A stretch of 49,899 nt of DNA from contig NC_068982.1 of NCBI RefSeq assembly GCF_001194135.2, positions 135,866,591 through 135,916,489 on the forward strand, read 5' to 3'. Source of the stretch: Octopus bimaculoides. Lineage: Eukaryota. A model generated the notes under the pieces. The model made no database searches and was not told where the DNA came from. It was given only the letters and a program-made list of their open reading frames with translations. The position numbers and the translations under genes were made by a program. Shown here piece after piece: positions 38,881 to 49,899 of the stretch (positions within the stretch are counted from its first letter, which is position 1; each line of letters begins with the position of its first letter).

Positions 38881-39180
38881 TGATGGACTCTCCCGTCATG
38901 AGACGATGTATGAGGATTCGACAATTTCTTACCGAACAAGCAGAGAGTTTATTTGTTTATAGTGATTAAATGTTTGTGTATACTTAAGCTCACTCCCTCC
39001 ATCAAATCGACATTGCCTGTACAGGTGCAACGGGTGCCACATGTTAGATGATGAAATGATCGCAGAGCAACGTGAAATGAAGTGCTTTGCTCAAGAATAC
39101 AACACAACACCCGGTCTGGGAACCGAGCACACGATCTCGCAATCATGAGTGCAACACCTTAATCACTGAGTCATGTGCCT
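38881..39180 (-). mobile_element. SINE family D
   Basis: Reverse complement is collinear with 15931-16250. Confidence 0.85.
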
Positions 39181-39471
39181 TCAAGAAGGATAATGCACAA
39201 AGTTTACATAGTTATGATATATTTTAAATGAAAGAGTATTGTGGTTGTCGATCAGTTTCACTTTCGCTAATCATGACATTGAAGTTATTGTAATTTCGTA
39301 TTTCCTTAAGAAGATTTTTGTCCTTGTTCTTGTATGAAAGTTTGCGAACGAATCAAGTAGAAAACTCTCATATATCCTTTATCCTTTATCTTTTTGACTA
39401 AGGTCGTGCCGGGATCCCACCTTCATGACATTTTTAGTGGAAAGAATCCACACTAGTAATTATTTCTTTTT

Positions 39472-39733
39472 AAGCTTGGTAGTTATTCTATCGGACTTTT
39501 GCCGAACCGCTAGTTTACGGAGATGTAAACACACTAACAGCAGTTGTTAAGGGGAGTTAAAAGACAAAAAAAAAACGCATACATACGCACACAGACACAC
39601 ACAAACACAGATACATACACACACGCACAAATACACACAACACACACATATATACGGGATTCTTTCAGTTTCTGTCTACCAAATCCACTCAGAAATGTTT
39701 GGTCGACCTGAGGTTATAGAAGAAGTTACTTGT
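39472..39733 (-). mobile_element. SINE family A lacking its tRNA head and its 3' end
   Basis: TTTTGCCGAACCGCTAG and TCTTTCAGTTTCTGTCTACCAAATCCACTC are present around an internal (CA) tract. Confidence 0.85.
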
Positions 39734-39734
39734 A

Positions 39735-40050
39735 CTAGATAAGATGCTTTTATTTTGCTGGCCTCAAATCTCGTTTGCGAACCCATAGAAAATGACCCTC
39801 CACCAACTATTCTGCCTATATGTCTGTGCACCCCTTTCAACGCAATGTATGCTAGAAGATCTGCAAATCTCACGGAGGCCTCAAAAGACAGTTTAAGATC
39901 CACAAATATTAGAACTTAAATGCAGCTCTTGGTGGTCCAAGAGGACATGCAATCTATGTGGGTATCTTTTCAAAACATTGTTTGATTATAAAAGCCACAT
40001 CAGACACCATGAAAGATCTCACATATAAGAACAAGAGATGGTCAGGAGTA
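39735..40050 (+). pseudogene. Decayed array of three C2H2 zinc fingers (LINE C-terminus or ZNF pseudogene fragment)
   Basis: RCFYFAGLKSRLRTH; HPFQRNVC*KICKSHGGLKRQFKIH; after a frameshift, CNLCGYLFKTLFDYKSHIRHH (39948-40010) with intact C-x2-C-x3-F-x5-Y-x2-H-x3-H spacing. Confidence 0.7.
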
Positions 40051-41436
40051 GACAACTACCATGATTTTATTTTAGAAAACCATCTTTACCAAATATATGA
40101 AAACATCCTTTGTCCAAAACCTAGTAAATTACGACTATAACGCTGTAATTCGTGACGTTTATGAGGCCGACTGTATGAAGGACAAGGTCACTGAGCAGCT
40201 ATCCTGAAAACCCTGAATCGAGGAGCTGAATGAGAAAATTGTGTTTAGCGGTCGTTACTCAATGCAATACGGGTACGAACGAAGCCTATTTTGGTGACAT
40301 ATGTATTGTAGAGCAAAGGATTAATAGAGGGAAGACGAGTTGTACATTAAAAAATATCAAGTGAAATCAAATGACCTAGGTCGCTTGTCGGCTTATATTA
40401 AAAATACAATAATTCTTATATCACCTTTCAGTAAAATATATTATACATACACATTCAAACATTAGAAATGTATTATATATATTTATTTATATAGTATACC
40501 TAAAATAGAGTATCTTTATATGTTATGTTTGTAGACTTTCGCTCTTATAGAATAAGTGCAGAGAACTCAATACCTAGCGTAGTGTAAATATATGATATAT
40601 ACCAGTTCAAATCACTTAAAGTATAAACCTTCTCTCGAAGTTTCATGCAGAGGTAGCTTTAATCAGAGAAGGCTTTTACTGGTAGATTTAGTGGTGCGAT
40701 CGGATGCGCATAGACATATACATTTAAATCAACGATATAATTTCATTCTCTCGCACGCTCCCTGTCTGTCTGTTTGTACACACACACACGTACACACACA
40801 AACAAACAAACACACACACACACACACTCTCACACACACACACACTCTCACACACACACAGAACACTTGAAAATCTTTTGTGCTTTTTATCGAACAAATG
40901 AACAACTGACTGATATATNNNNNNNNNNNNNNNNNNNNNNNNNNNNNNNNNNNNNNNNNNNNNNNNNNNNNNNNNNNNNNNNNNNNNNNNNNNNNNNNNN
41001 NNNNNNNNNNNNNNNNNNNNNNNNNNNNNNNNNNNNNNNNNNNNNNNNNNNNNNNNNNNNNNNNNNNNNNNNNNNNNNNNNNNNNNNNNNNNNNNNNNNN
41101 NNNNNNNNNNNNNNNNNNNNNNNNNNNNNNNNNNNNNNNNNNNNNNNNNNNNNNNNNNNNNNNNNNNNNNNNNNNNNNNNNNNNNNNNNNNNNNNNNNNN
41201 NNNNNNNNNNNNNNNNNNNNNNNNNNNNNNNNNNNNNNNNNNNNNNNNNNNNNNNNNNNNNNNNNNNNNNNNNNNNNNNNNNNNNNNNNNNNNNNNNNNN
41301 NNNNNNNNNNNNNNNNNNNNNNNNNNNNNNNNNNNNNNNNNNNNNNNNNNNNNNNNNNNNNNNNNNNNNNNNNNNNNNNNNNNNNNNNNNNNNNNNNNNN
41401 NNNNNNNNNNNNNNNNNNNNNNNNNNNNNNNNNNNN

Positions 41437-41471
<35 letters not shown>

Positions 41472-41493
41472 GTCTGTCTATCTGTCTGCCTGC

Positions 41494-41551
<58 letters not shown>

Positions 41552-41739
41552 CTACTTTTCACTCTCTTTCTGCCCCTCTCTCTGTCTGTCTGTCTCTCTC
41601 TCTCTCTCTATCTATGTAGATGTCTTTGCCTGTAAGTTTGTCTACTTTTACTCTCATTTCACTTTTGTGTGTGTGAGTAGTACTGAGTTTGTGCGCGCAT
41701 TAGTGTGTATGTGTACGCGTGCGTGGGTGTGTATATCTG

Positions 41740-41778
<39 letters not shown>

Positions 41779-42081
41779 NNNNNNNNNNNNNNNNNNNNNN
41801 NNNNNNNNNNNNNNNNNNNNNNNNNNNNNNNNNNNNNNNNNNNNNNNNNNNNNNNNNNNNNNNNNNNNNNNNNNNNNNNNNNNNNNNNNNNNNNNNNNNN
41901 NNNNNNNNNNNNNNNNNNNNNNNNNNNNNNNNNNNNNNNNNNNNNNNNNNNNNNNNNNNNNNNNNNNNNNNNNNNNNNNNNNNNNNNNNNNNNNNNNNNN
42001 NNNNNNNNNNNNNNNNNNNNNNNNNNNNNNNNNNNNNNNNNNNNNNNNNNNNNNNNNNNNNNNNNNNNNNNNNNNNNNNNN

Positions 42082-42148
<67 letters not shown>

Positions 42149-42339
42149 TATATATATATATGCATGTATCAATATACCTGAATGGAAAGGCAAATAGTTA
42201 CAGAGAGGTAGAAGAATAAATAGAGAGACTAGAAAAGCTAGAAGCAAATGAAGAGGAAATATATTAAATGGAGAGATACATAGAATGATGACAAGATTGG
42301 GGATGTACGTTCGAATAAGAGTAGACAAACGAAAGAAGT

Positions 42340-42797
42340 TGATTTATCTCTCTTTCTCTCTCTTTATTTATTTATAGCTTTCTATGTCTCTCTATTTTTC
42401 TTTGTCTTTCTCTCTCTGTTTTCGGTCCATTTGACCCTCTATCGTTTTCGTTCTCTCTCTCTCTGTTTCGCTTTTTTTGTAGCTTTCTCTGTCTCCCTGT
42501 TTTTCTCTGTCTTTCTCGGTGTCTTTCTCTGTCTACCTCTTCCCTTTGTCCCTCTCTCATTTCCTTTCTCTCTCACTTACTCTCTCACTCACTCACTCAC
42601 TCAATCACTCACTTACTCATTCACTCACTCTCTTTCTCTTTCTCTTCATAGCTTTCTATCTCTCTCTGTTTCGCTCCCTTTGTCGCTCTCTCGTTTTCTT
42701 TTTTCTCTCTCTCCCTCTGAACATTCTTCTTTCCCTCTATGTTTTTCTCTTTCATTCTCTCTCTGTCTCGGCCTCTGTGTTCCCCTATTTGTTTGCT

Positions 42798-42844
<47 letters not shown>

Positions 42845-43200
42845 CTCTCTATCTCTCTCTCTCTTTCTGCTTTATTCAGTCTTTTCTCTCTCTCTCTCTC
42901 TCTCTCTCTGCTTTACTCTATCTTTCTCTCTCTCTCTCTCTCTTCTTTACTCTGTCTTTCTCTCTCTTCTTTACTCTGTCTTTCTCTCTCTGTCCCTATA
43001 ACTTTCTGTTCTCTCTGCCCTTCTCTATCTCTATGCATCTCTATTTCACTTTCTCTCCCTCTCTCCTACTTTCATTTTCCCGTTTTCTCGCTTTCTTACT
43101 CTGAATGCCTTTCTTTGCCTCCCTCTGTTTTTCTCTATCTTTCTGTCTCAGTCGCTGTGTATTTCTCTGCTTCTCTCTCTCTCTCTTTATGTATACTTTT
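42340..43200. repeat. Pyrimidine-rich (CT/CTTT/CACT) low-complexity tract
   Basis: Read directly; source of the S/L/F-rich ORFs. Confidence 0.95.
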
Positions 43201-43529
43201 GTCTGTGTATGTGTGTCTGTGTGTATATGTGTGTCTGTGTGTATATGTCAGTGTGTGTCTGTGTCTCTATGATGTGACGTGCGTTTATATGCACGTCGTA
43301 TTGTGCGAATATATGCGCACGCACAGGTAGCGCTCGTTTGCTTAAGAAGATTTTCCCAGAGTCACATGAATAATGATATGCAGATTTTCCTAAGACTTGG
43401 TGTTACCATAATTACATGGTTGCATCCCCCACAAATAAGTCCATGCCTTAATATAATCTGTTTAATCTATATTTAGGGTGTGTAAATTTGGGAAGGCTGT
43501 ATTTCATTTTCGACTGCATATGATTATAA

Positions 43530-45585
43530 TATTAATGAGGAAGACCGGACTACAGATAGACTAGCACAGAGATTTGTAAAGAGAGAGTGAGTGGGAGAGG
43601 TGGGAGAAAGGGAAAGATAGAGAAAAATAGATAAAGAAAGAAAGAAAGAAAGAAGAAGAAAGAAAGGAAGAAAGAAAGGGAGAGAAAGACATGATAGTGG
43701 TAAATGTGGAGACGAAAACGAGAATGATACTGTACGGAAAACAAAATGCATGATGAGGTAATACAAACTTTAGAAGAATCAGTGGAGTATAGAGGAGACG
43801 TGATAGTATATGAAAAAGTGGCAGAATGAAGAGAGAGGAGGAGAGAGAGAAAGCGAGAGAGGGGGAGGGGGAGGGAAATAGAAAGACGAAGAAAATGATA
43901 AGGTGTATGAGACATAATTTGAAAGAAAAGTCAAGAGGAAGGAACGGAAAGTTTAGGAGAATTGGTGAGAGAGAAGGTGAAAGAAATTTATGAAACAGAG
44001 AAGAAGAGCGAAGCTTGAGAGAGAGAGGGGGAGAGACAAAGAGAGATGAAGGAATAGAGAATAAAGGAAATGGAGACAAAAGGCTAGAAGAAAAATGGAG
44101 CCTTTAGGAGAATTAACCACATCAATAAAGAGAGAAATATTGTGAGATAAATGACAAGAGACAAGTTGTATGAGGAAAATATGATGCTAGAGAATGAGAA
44201 AAAGTCATGTGACTGAAAGAGAAAGTTTAAGAGATAAAGAATAAGTATAAGAAAAAGAAAGAGATATACGTAAGAAAGAACTCATGTCAGAGAAAGAAAA
44301 TATTGTAAGAAGGAAAGAAAAATGTACGTAAGTTAGAAAGAGAAAAGATGAAGGGATGTAAAAGAAAAAAATGATGTTTGACGGATAGAAAATATACGTC
44401 AGAGAAAAAGTTTGAAAGAACTTGAGAGGATAGATAGATAGATAGATAGATTATCAGATATAAGAGTGAAAGAAAAAATATTTTGCAGAAAAGGAATAAT
44501 GGAACGTAAGACGAAAATAATAATTAAAAAAAACCTATGAGGGAGAAAAAGCAGTGTGAGGGAAAAGAAGGAGAAATGGATGGGAGAAGGAGAAGCAGAA
44601 AACAAAAGAGATAAAGAAACTTTTAAGCAATTAGATAAAAAAAACTAGGAAAAGGAGGGAAAAAGAAGTGATGGAAAAAATAAAATGCTGTATGTGAAAA
44701 GAGAATAGTCAAAGAAAGGCAGAGAGAAAGAAAACGAATGAGAAACAAGAAAACCAAGAAAAAACGAGTTAGTAGTCGAATAAATGAAGATAATGAAATG
44801 AGAGAGATCATGTGAGTGATAGAAGTTTGATCTATGAAAATGAGAGGGAAAGAGAAGTCTGTAAGGTGTATGAATGAAAAAAGTGAAGCAATGTTTTTTT
44901 TTTATAAAGAATGGTTTGAAAATATGAATAACGGAGAGAAGGAGAGAAAGAGCCAGAAAAAACGGTAAGATGGAGATGGAAGTTGGGTGGTGGATACAGG
45001 TGAATCGGAAGAGAAGCAGAAGTAAATGGACAAAGGTAGATAAAATGTGAACGAGGCATGTGATCAGGTTGGAGGGAGAGAAAGGAAAGTTTAGAGGAAA
45101 GACTGAAGAAATTTGTCAGAAGGGATGAAATATTAGATCAGAGCCAAAAGAAGGGGGAAAAGTGAATGAAAAGAAAAGAAAGCTTAGGAAATCAGTGAAA
45201 AATATTTTGAGATGGAAATTATAAGAAAATAGAGAATAGCAGGAGAGACGGAGATATTTTAAACAAATAAATAAGAAAGATAAATTTGTTACATTTCTGT
45301 ATTACGAATTACTCTGCAAAAGAGTCGTAAGTCACACAGAAATAATGTGCCACAGTAGTTTAAAAGCGACATCCCCGATATATTTAATCAGTAGTTATTT
45401 TATCGACCGCCCATGAGCAAAAGTAAAGAAAACCCATGAAAGTATGAACTCGTTTCAAGTCTTTGTCTTGGACGAGGAACAAATAGCTAAAAGCTTAAGC
45501 GAGAAATAGACCAAGCGATCTATCTACTTCACAACCTTTCACTTTCACTCCTCTCTCTCTCTCAGTCTTTCATTCTGTGTATGTA

Positions 45586-45669
<84 letters not shown>

Positions 45670-45770
45670 CATACATACATACATACAGAGAGAGAGAAAA
45701 AGAGAGTGCAAATAAAAGAAAGACAGAGAGCGGTATGTACATACGTACCAAATCATATATGTATGAGTTA

Positions 45771-45811
<41 letters not shown>

Positions 45812-47030
45812 GTCTGGTTATCCATGGAATGCAAGTGAGAGAAAGAGAGATGCTAGGAGTTAAATGCTAAAAATGAAAAGGAAGGGAAAGGAAAGAAAGA
45901 AGGGAAAAAAAGGAAAAATAAGGGAAAGAGAGAAAAAAAGAAACTCAAAGGAATGAAATTTGTTTGGGAGAAGGAAAGGAGATTAAAAGAAAGAGATGAA
46001 AGAAAAAAAGTAAAAATCTTGACAGATAAGAGAAAAAGCGACATCGAAAAGGAAATAAAGAAGGAAGAAAAACGAATCAAAAGGAAGAAGTACCCGAAAG
46101 TAAAATATATGTTTGATTCGATCAGTGGTTCTCAACAGGGTTCCGCATGGCCCTTAGGGGTACATATAAGATATTGTTGCTAAAGTTTATATTCAATAAA
46201 TTGATTATATTTCTACAATACACAAAATATTTAAACGTTTTTCTATTTGATTCCTAATACTTTTTGATGATAGAAATGTAATAGTTTTTAAATATCGAAT
46301 GGCTATGAGGGTCGTCGCTCCTGAACAAAATAGGAATCAAAGGGATCCATAGGTAAAAAAAAAATGTTTGGGGATTACAGGGTTAGATGATAGAAAGATG
46401 CAATGAAAAAAATAAAATGTGAGAAAAAGAATGACTGAGAGTCTGACAGGAAAAAAAAAAAAACGAAAACGACAAAAAAGAAAGAATGAAATGGATTGAA
46501 GGTTCAAAAAAACTTATAATGAAAGATTAAAAAAACGAAGTAAAAATGTGTGGAATAATTTAGAATGAGAATCAAGATTTAAAAAATTTTGAGGAAAAAA
46601 AATTATCATGAAGAAGGAAGTAAAAAAAAGAGGTAGAAAAAAGAATAAGAAAGGATAAAAATGAAAAGCTGAAGTGAAAAATGGAGAGAAAATAGAAAGA
46701 GGATCACAGAAAGAGAAATGTAGGAGAAAAAAAAATTGATAGAGAAGAAAAAGAGAGGAGGAAAATGAAAAGGAAAAAAGTAACGAGAAATCACATGAAT
46801 TTGGAAAAAAGAATTGGCTACAATTAGAGGAAGAAGAAAAGAGTGAAAAAGAGACAAAAGCAGAGAGAGGGGGAAGGGAGGAAGAGAGGGTGGAAGAGGG
46901 GGATATAGAAAAAGGGAGAGGAAATAAGGGAGTGAGAAATGAATGAAGTTTAGCAAGAATGGATAAATGAATTCAAGAAATCAAGTTGAACGAAGGAGAA
47001 AATGAAGGAACTTAAGCGCATGATTGGAGG
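43530..47030. repeat. Long purine-rich (A/G) low-complexity region, interrupted at about 45290-45850 and 46120-46400; a similar tract lies at 31580-32140
   Basis: Read directly from the sequence. Confidence 0.9.
46123..46380. mobile_element. hAT/Charlie-type MITE, ~258 bp
   Basis: Left end CAGTGGTTCTCAAC; decayed right end GTTTGGGATTACAG; 8-bp flanks GATTCGAT and GGTTAGAT match at 6/8. Confidence 0.6.
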
Positions 47031-47277
47031 AATGAAACTTGGAAAGTATGAAAGTACGATAGAACATATATCCATACACTACATACATACTCACATATAC
47101 ACATGCATGCATATACACACATACGCACACGCACACACACACGCAGACTCACACACACACACACACATATATATACCTAGATGGACATACACGTATATGT
47201 ATGTATGTGTATAAGTATAGACATACATACATGTATACATATACATATATATTCATTTAGTGGTCTATTCATTAATT

Positions 47278-47320
47278 TGCTTCAGTCATTTGACTGCGGC
47301 CGTGTTGGAGCACTGCCTTT
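47278..47320 (-). mobile_element. SINE family A 3'-terminal fragment
   Basis: TTCAGTCATTTGACTGCGGCCGTGTTGGAGCACTGCCTTT matches 19444-19482. Confidence 0.75.
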
Positions 47321-47778
47321 GCGTATATATGCGTATATATGTGTGCGTGTGCGTATATGTGTGTGTGTGTGTGTGTGAATATATGTGTGTGTGTGTGAAT
47401 ATATGTATATANNNNNNNNNNNNNNNNNNNNNNNNNNNNNNNNNNNNNNNNNNNNNNNNNNNNNNNNNNNNNNNNNNNNNNNNNNNNNNNNNNNNNNNNN
47501 NNNNNNNNNNNNNNNNNNNNNNNNNNNNNNNNNNNNNNNNNNNNNNNNNNNNNNNNNNNNNNNNNNNNNNNNNNNNNNNNNNNNNNNNNNNNNNNNNNNN
47601 NNNNNNNNNNNNNNNNNNNNNNNNNNNNNNNNNNNNNNNNNNNNNNNNNNNNNNNNNNNNNNNNNNNNNNNNNNNNNNNNNNNNNNNNNNNNNNNNNNNN
47701 NNNNNNNNNNNNNNNNNNNNNNNNNNNNNNNNNNNNNNNNNNNNNNNNNNNNNNNNNNNNNNNNNNNNNNNNNNNNNN

Positions 47779-47830
<52 letters not shown>

Positions 47831-48620
47831 AGCAATCAAAAAAGAGAAATTGATAGAAAATCACACGGAGAATGGTCCGTTAGAATCAATTGAAATAATT
47901 AAATACGTTGCAATTATTAATTGAAATTAATTCTGAAACAGAGTTGATGGTTTTATTGTCTGTCATAATCAATTGAAAACTCGTGAGAGACTTTCTAAAT
48001 GTATTCAGGTTTTTGGAGCCTTCGTTTACGATTCGAACACATACACACATGCGCGCACACACTCACACACACATATTATATATAACGTAAGAAAACTTAT
48101 ATATATATGTATAAATAAGCATATATAAAGATATATACACGCTTACACACATTTTTTTTCATATATTGTATATATATATTCATATATACATGCATATGTA
48201 CGTATTTGTGCGTTTGTGTGCGTCTGCGTGCGTGTACCTGTGTGGAAAACTTTTAAGATAGGTTTAGAGTGGACACCTTACTCCTCTATGCAAGTAAGTG
48301 AGCGCACATACATACATACATACATACATACATACATACATGTATATATGTGTGTGTGTGTGTGTGTGTTTACGTATGTACGTGTGCGTATATATACATG
48401 CATTCGCACGTGCTAAGAAAGACAAATGCACACATACGATATGGAGAACAACAAAAAAAGAGGTTCAGTAAAACACATTCCGTAAACGGAGAGAGGGTAA
48501 CTGACAAAGAGCGATGGAGTAGCTGACAGAAACGTTTATTGTATGGCTATTGAAATAAATAGTTAGGTAGATAACTTCCAGTATAAATTAACACTGAGCT
48601 AAAGGAATATAAAGACGATA

Positions 48621-48681
<61 letters not shown>

Positions 48682-49177
48682 TCTTTTNNNNNNNNNNNNN
48701 NNNNNNNNNNNNNNNNNNNNNNNNNNNNNNNNNNNNNNNNNNNNNNNNNNNNNNNNNNNNNNNNNNNNNNNNNNNNNNNNNNNNNNNNNNNNNNNNNNNN
48801 NNNNNNNNNNNNNNNNNNNNNNNNNNNNNNNNNNNNNNNNNNNNNNNNNNNNNNNNNNNNNNNNNNNNNNNNNNNNNNNNNNNNNNNNNNNNNNNNNNNN
48901 NNNNNNNNNNNNNNNNNNNNNNNNNNNNNNNNNNNNNNNNNNNNNNNNNNNNNNNNNNNNNNNNNNNNNNNNNNNNNNNNNNNNNNNNNNNNNNNNNNNN
49001 NNNNNNNNNNNNNNNNNNNNNNNNNNNNNNNNNNNNNNNNNNNNNNNNNNNNNNNNNNNNNNNNNNNNNNNNNNNNNNNNNNNNNNNNNNNNNNNNNNNN
49101 NNNNNNNNNNNNNNNNNNNNNNNNNNNNNNNNNNNNNNNNNNNNNNNNNNNNNNNNNNNNNNNNNNNNNTATATATA

Positions 49178-49560
49178 GTGTCTGGGTGGTAAATAGCTTG
49201 CTTACCAACAACATGGTTTCTGGTTCAGTCCCACTGCGTGGCACCTTGGGCAAGTGTTTTCTACTATAGCCTCGGGCCGACCAAAGCCTTGTGAGGGAAT
49301 TTGGTAGATGGAAACTGTAAGAAGCCCGTCGTATATATATATATATATATAGATATATATGTATGTGTATGTTTGTGTGTGTGTGTTTGTCTTCCAACAT
49401 AGCTTGGCAACCGATGCTGGTAACATAGCGGTTCGGCAAAAGAGACCGATAGAAGAAGTACTAGGCTTACAAAGAATAAGTTCATGGGTCACTTTGCTTG
49501 AATAAAGGCAATGCTCCAGCATGGCCGCAGTCAAATGACCGAAACAAGTAAAAGAATAAA
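49178..49560 (+). mobile_element. SINE family A, near full length
   Basis: GGTTCAGTCCCACTGCGTGGCACCTTGGGCAAGTG, an internal (TA)/(TG) tract, and the 3' end CAGCATGGCCGCAGTCAAATGACCGAAACAAGTAAAAGAATAAA. Confidence 0.92.
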
Positions 49561-49566
49561 CGAATA

Positions 49567-49612
<46 letters not shown>

Positions 49613-49899
49613 TGTATGTATACGCATACATACCATCGAACAAATATTAGTTGGCTAGCTAGATGTTGTTGAGGTCCAAACTTCGTTAGCCAGAGCACAA
49701 AGTATTTTGGGCGGATATACGATTACCCAATCAGTGGACAATACACTATCACCTATTCACACGTGGAAGACCGGATTCAGAGGAAGAACTGATTTCTTGC
49801 CCTAAGCGGAACACACACAGACACACACACAGAAACATTCATAGACACACATGGAAGTACCGGGAGCCTTCTGTTCATTGATTATATATATATATATAT

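Overview
This is AT-rich, microsatellite-dense eukaryotic DNA from a draft assembly with nine N-gaps. I could not identify any intact protein-coding gene, tRNA, rRNA or CRISPR array, and almost every ORF in the supplied track is a microsatellite, low-complexity or gap artefact. The repeat content (tRNA-derived SINE families resembling CORE and Nin/Deu-domain SINEs) suggests a coleoid cephalopod, probably Octopus; this is inference from recalled repeat families, not a search result. The window is intergenic or intronic and full of mobile-element remains: about 25 SINE copies or fragments in four modular families (labelled A-D here), seven decayed R4/Dong-type retrotransposon fragments in two clusters around (TAA)n tracts, a CR1-type 3' end, a possible Penelope remnant, a decayed triple C2H2 zinc-finger remnant, one Tc1/mariner-type MITE and two hAT-type MITEs. 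The strongest structural signal is a 926-bp inverted duplication at 16264-17189 (390-bp arms, central 238 bp identical) whose spacer is repeated again just outside the right arm, with an 8-bp junction microhomology. I do not see evidence for a new gene-level system; the most novel-looking items are this palindrome and the stacking of retroelements in TAA repeats. All translations and alignments were done by hand.
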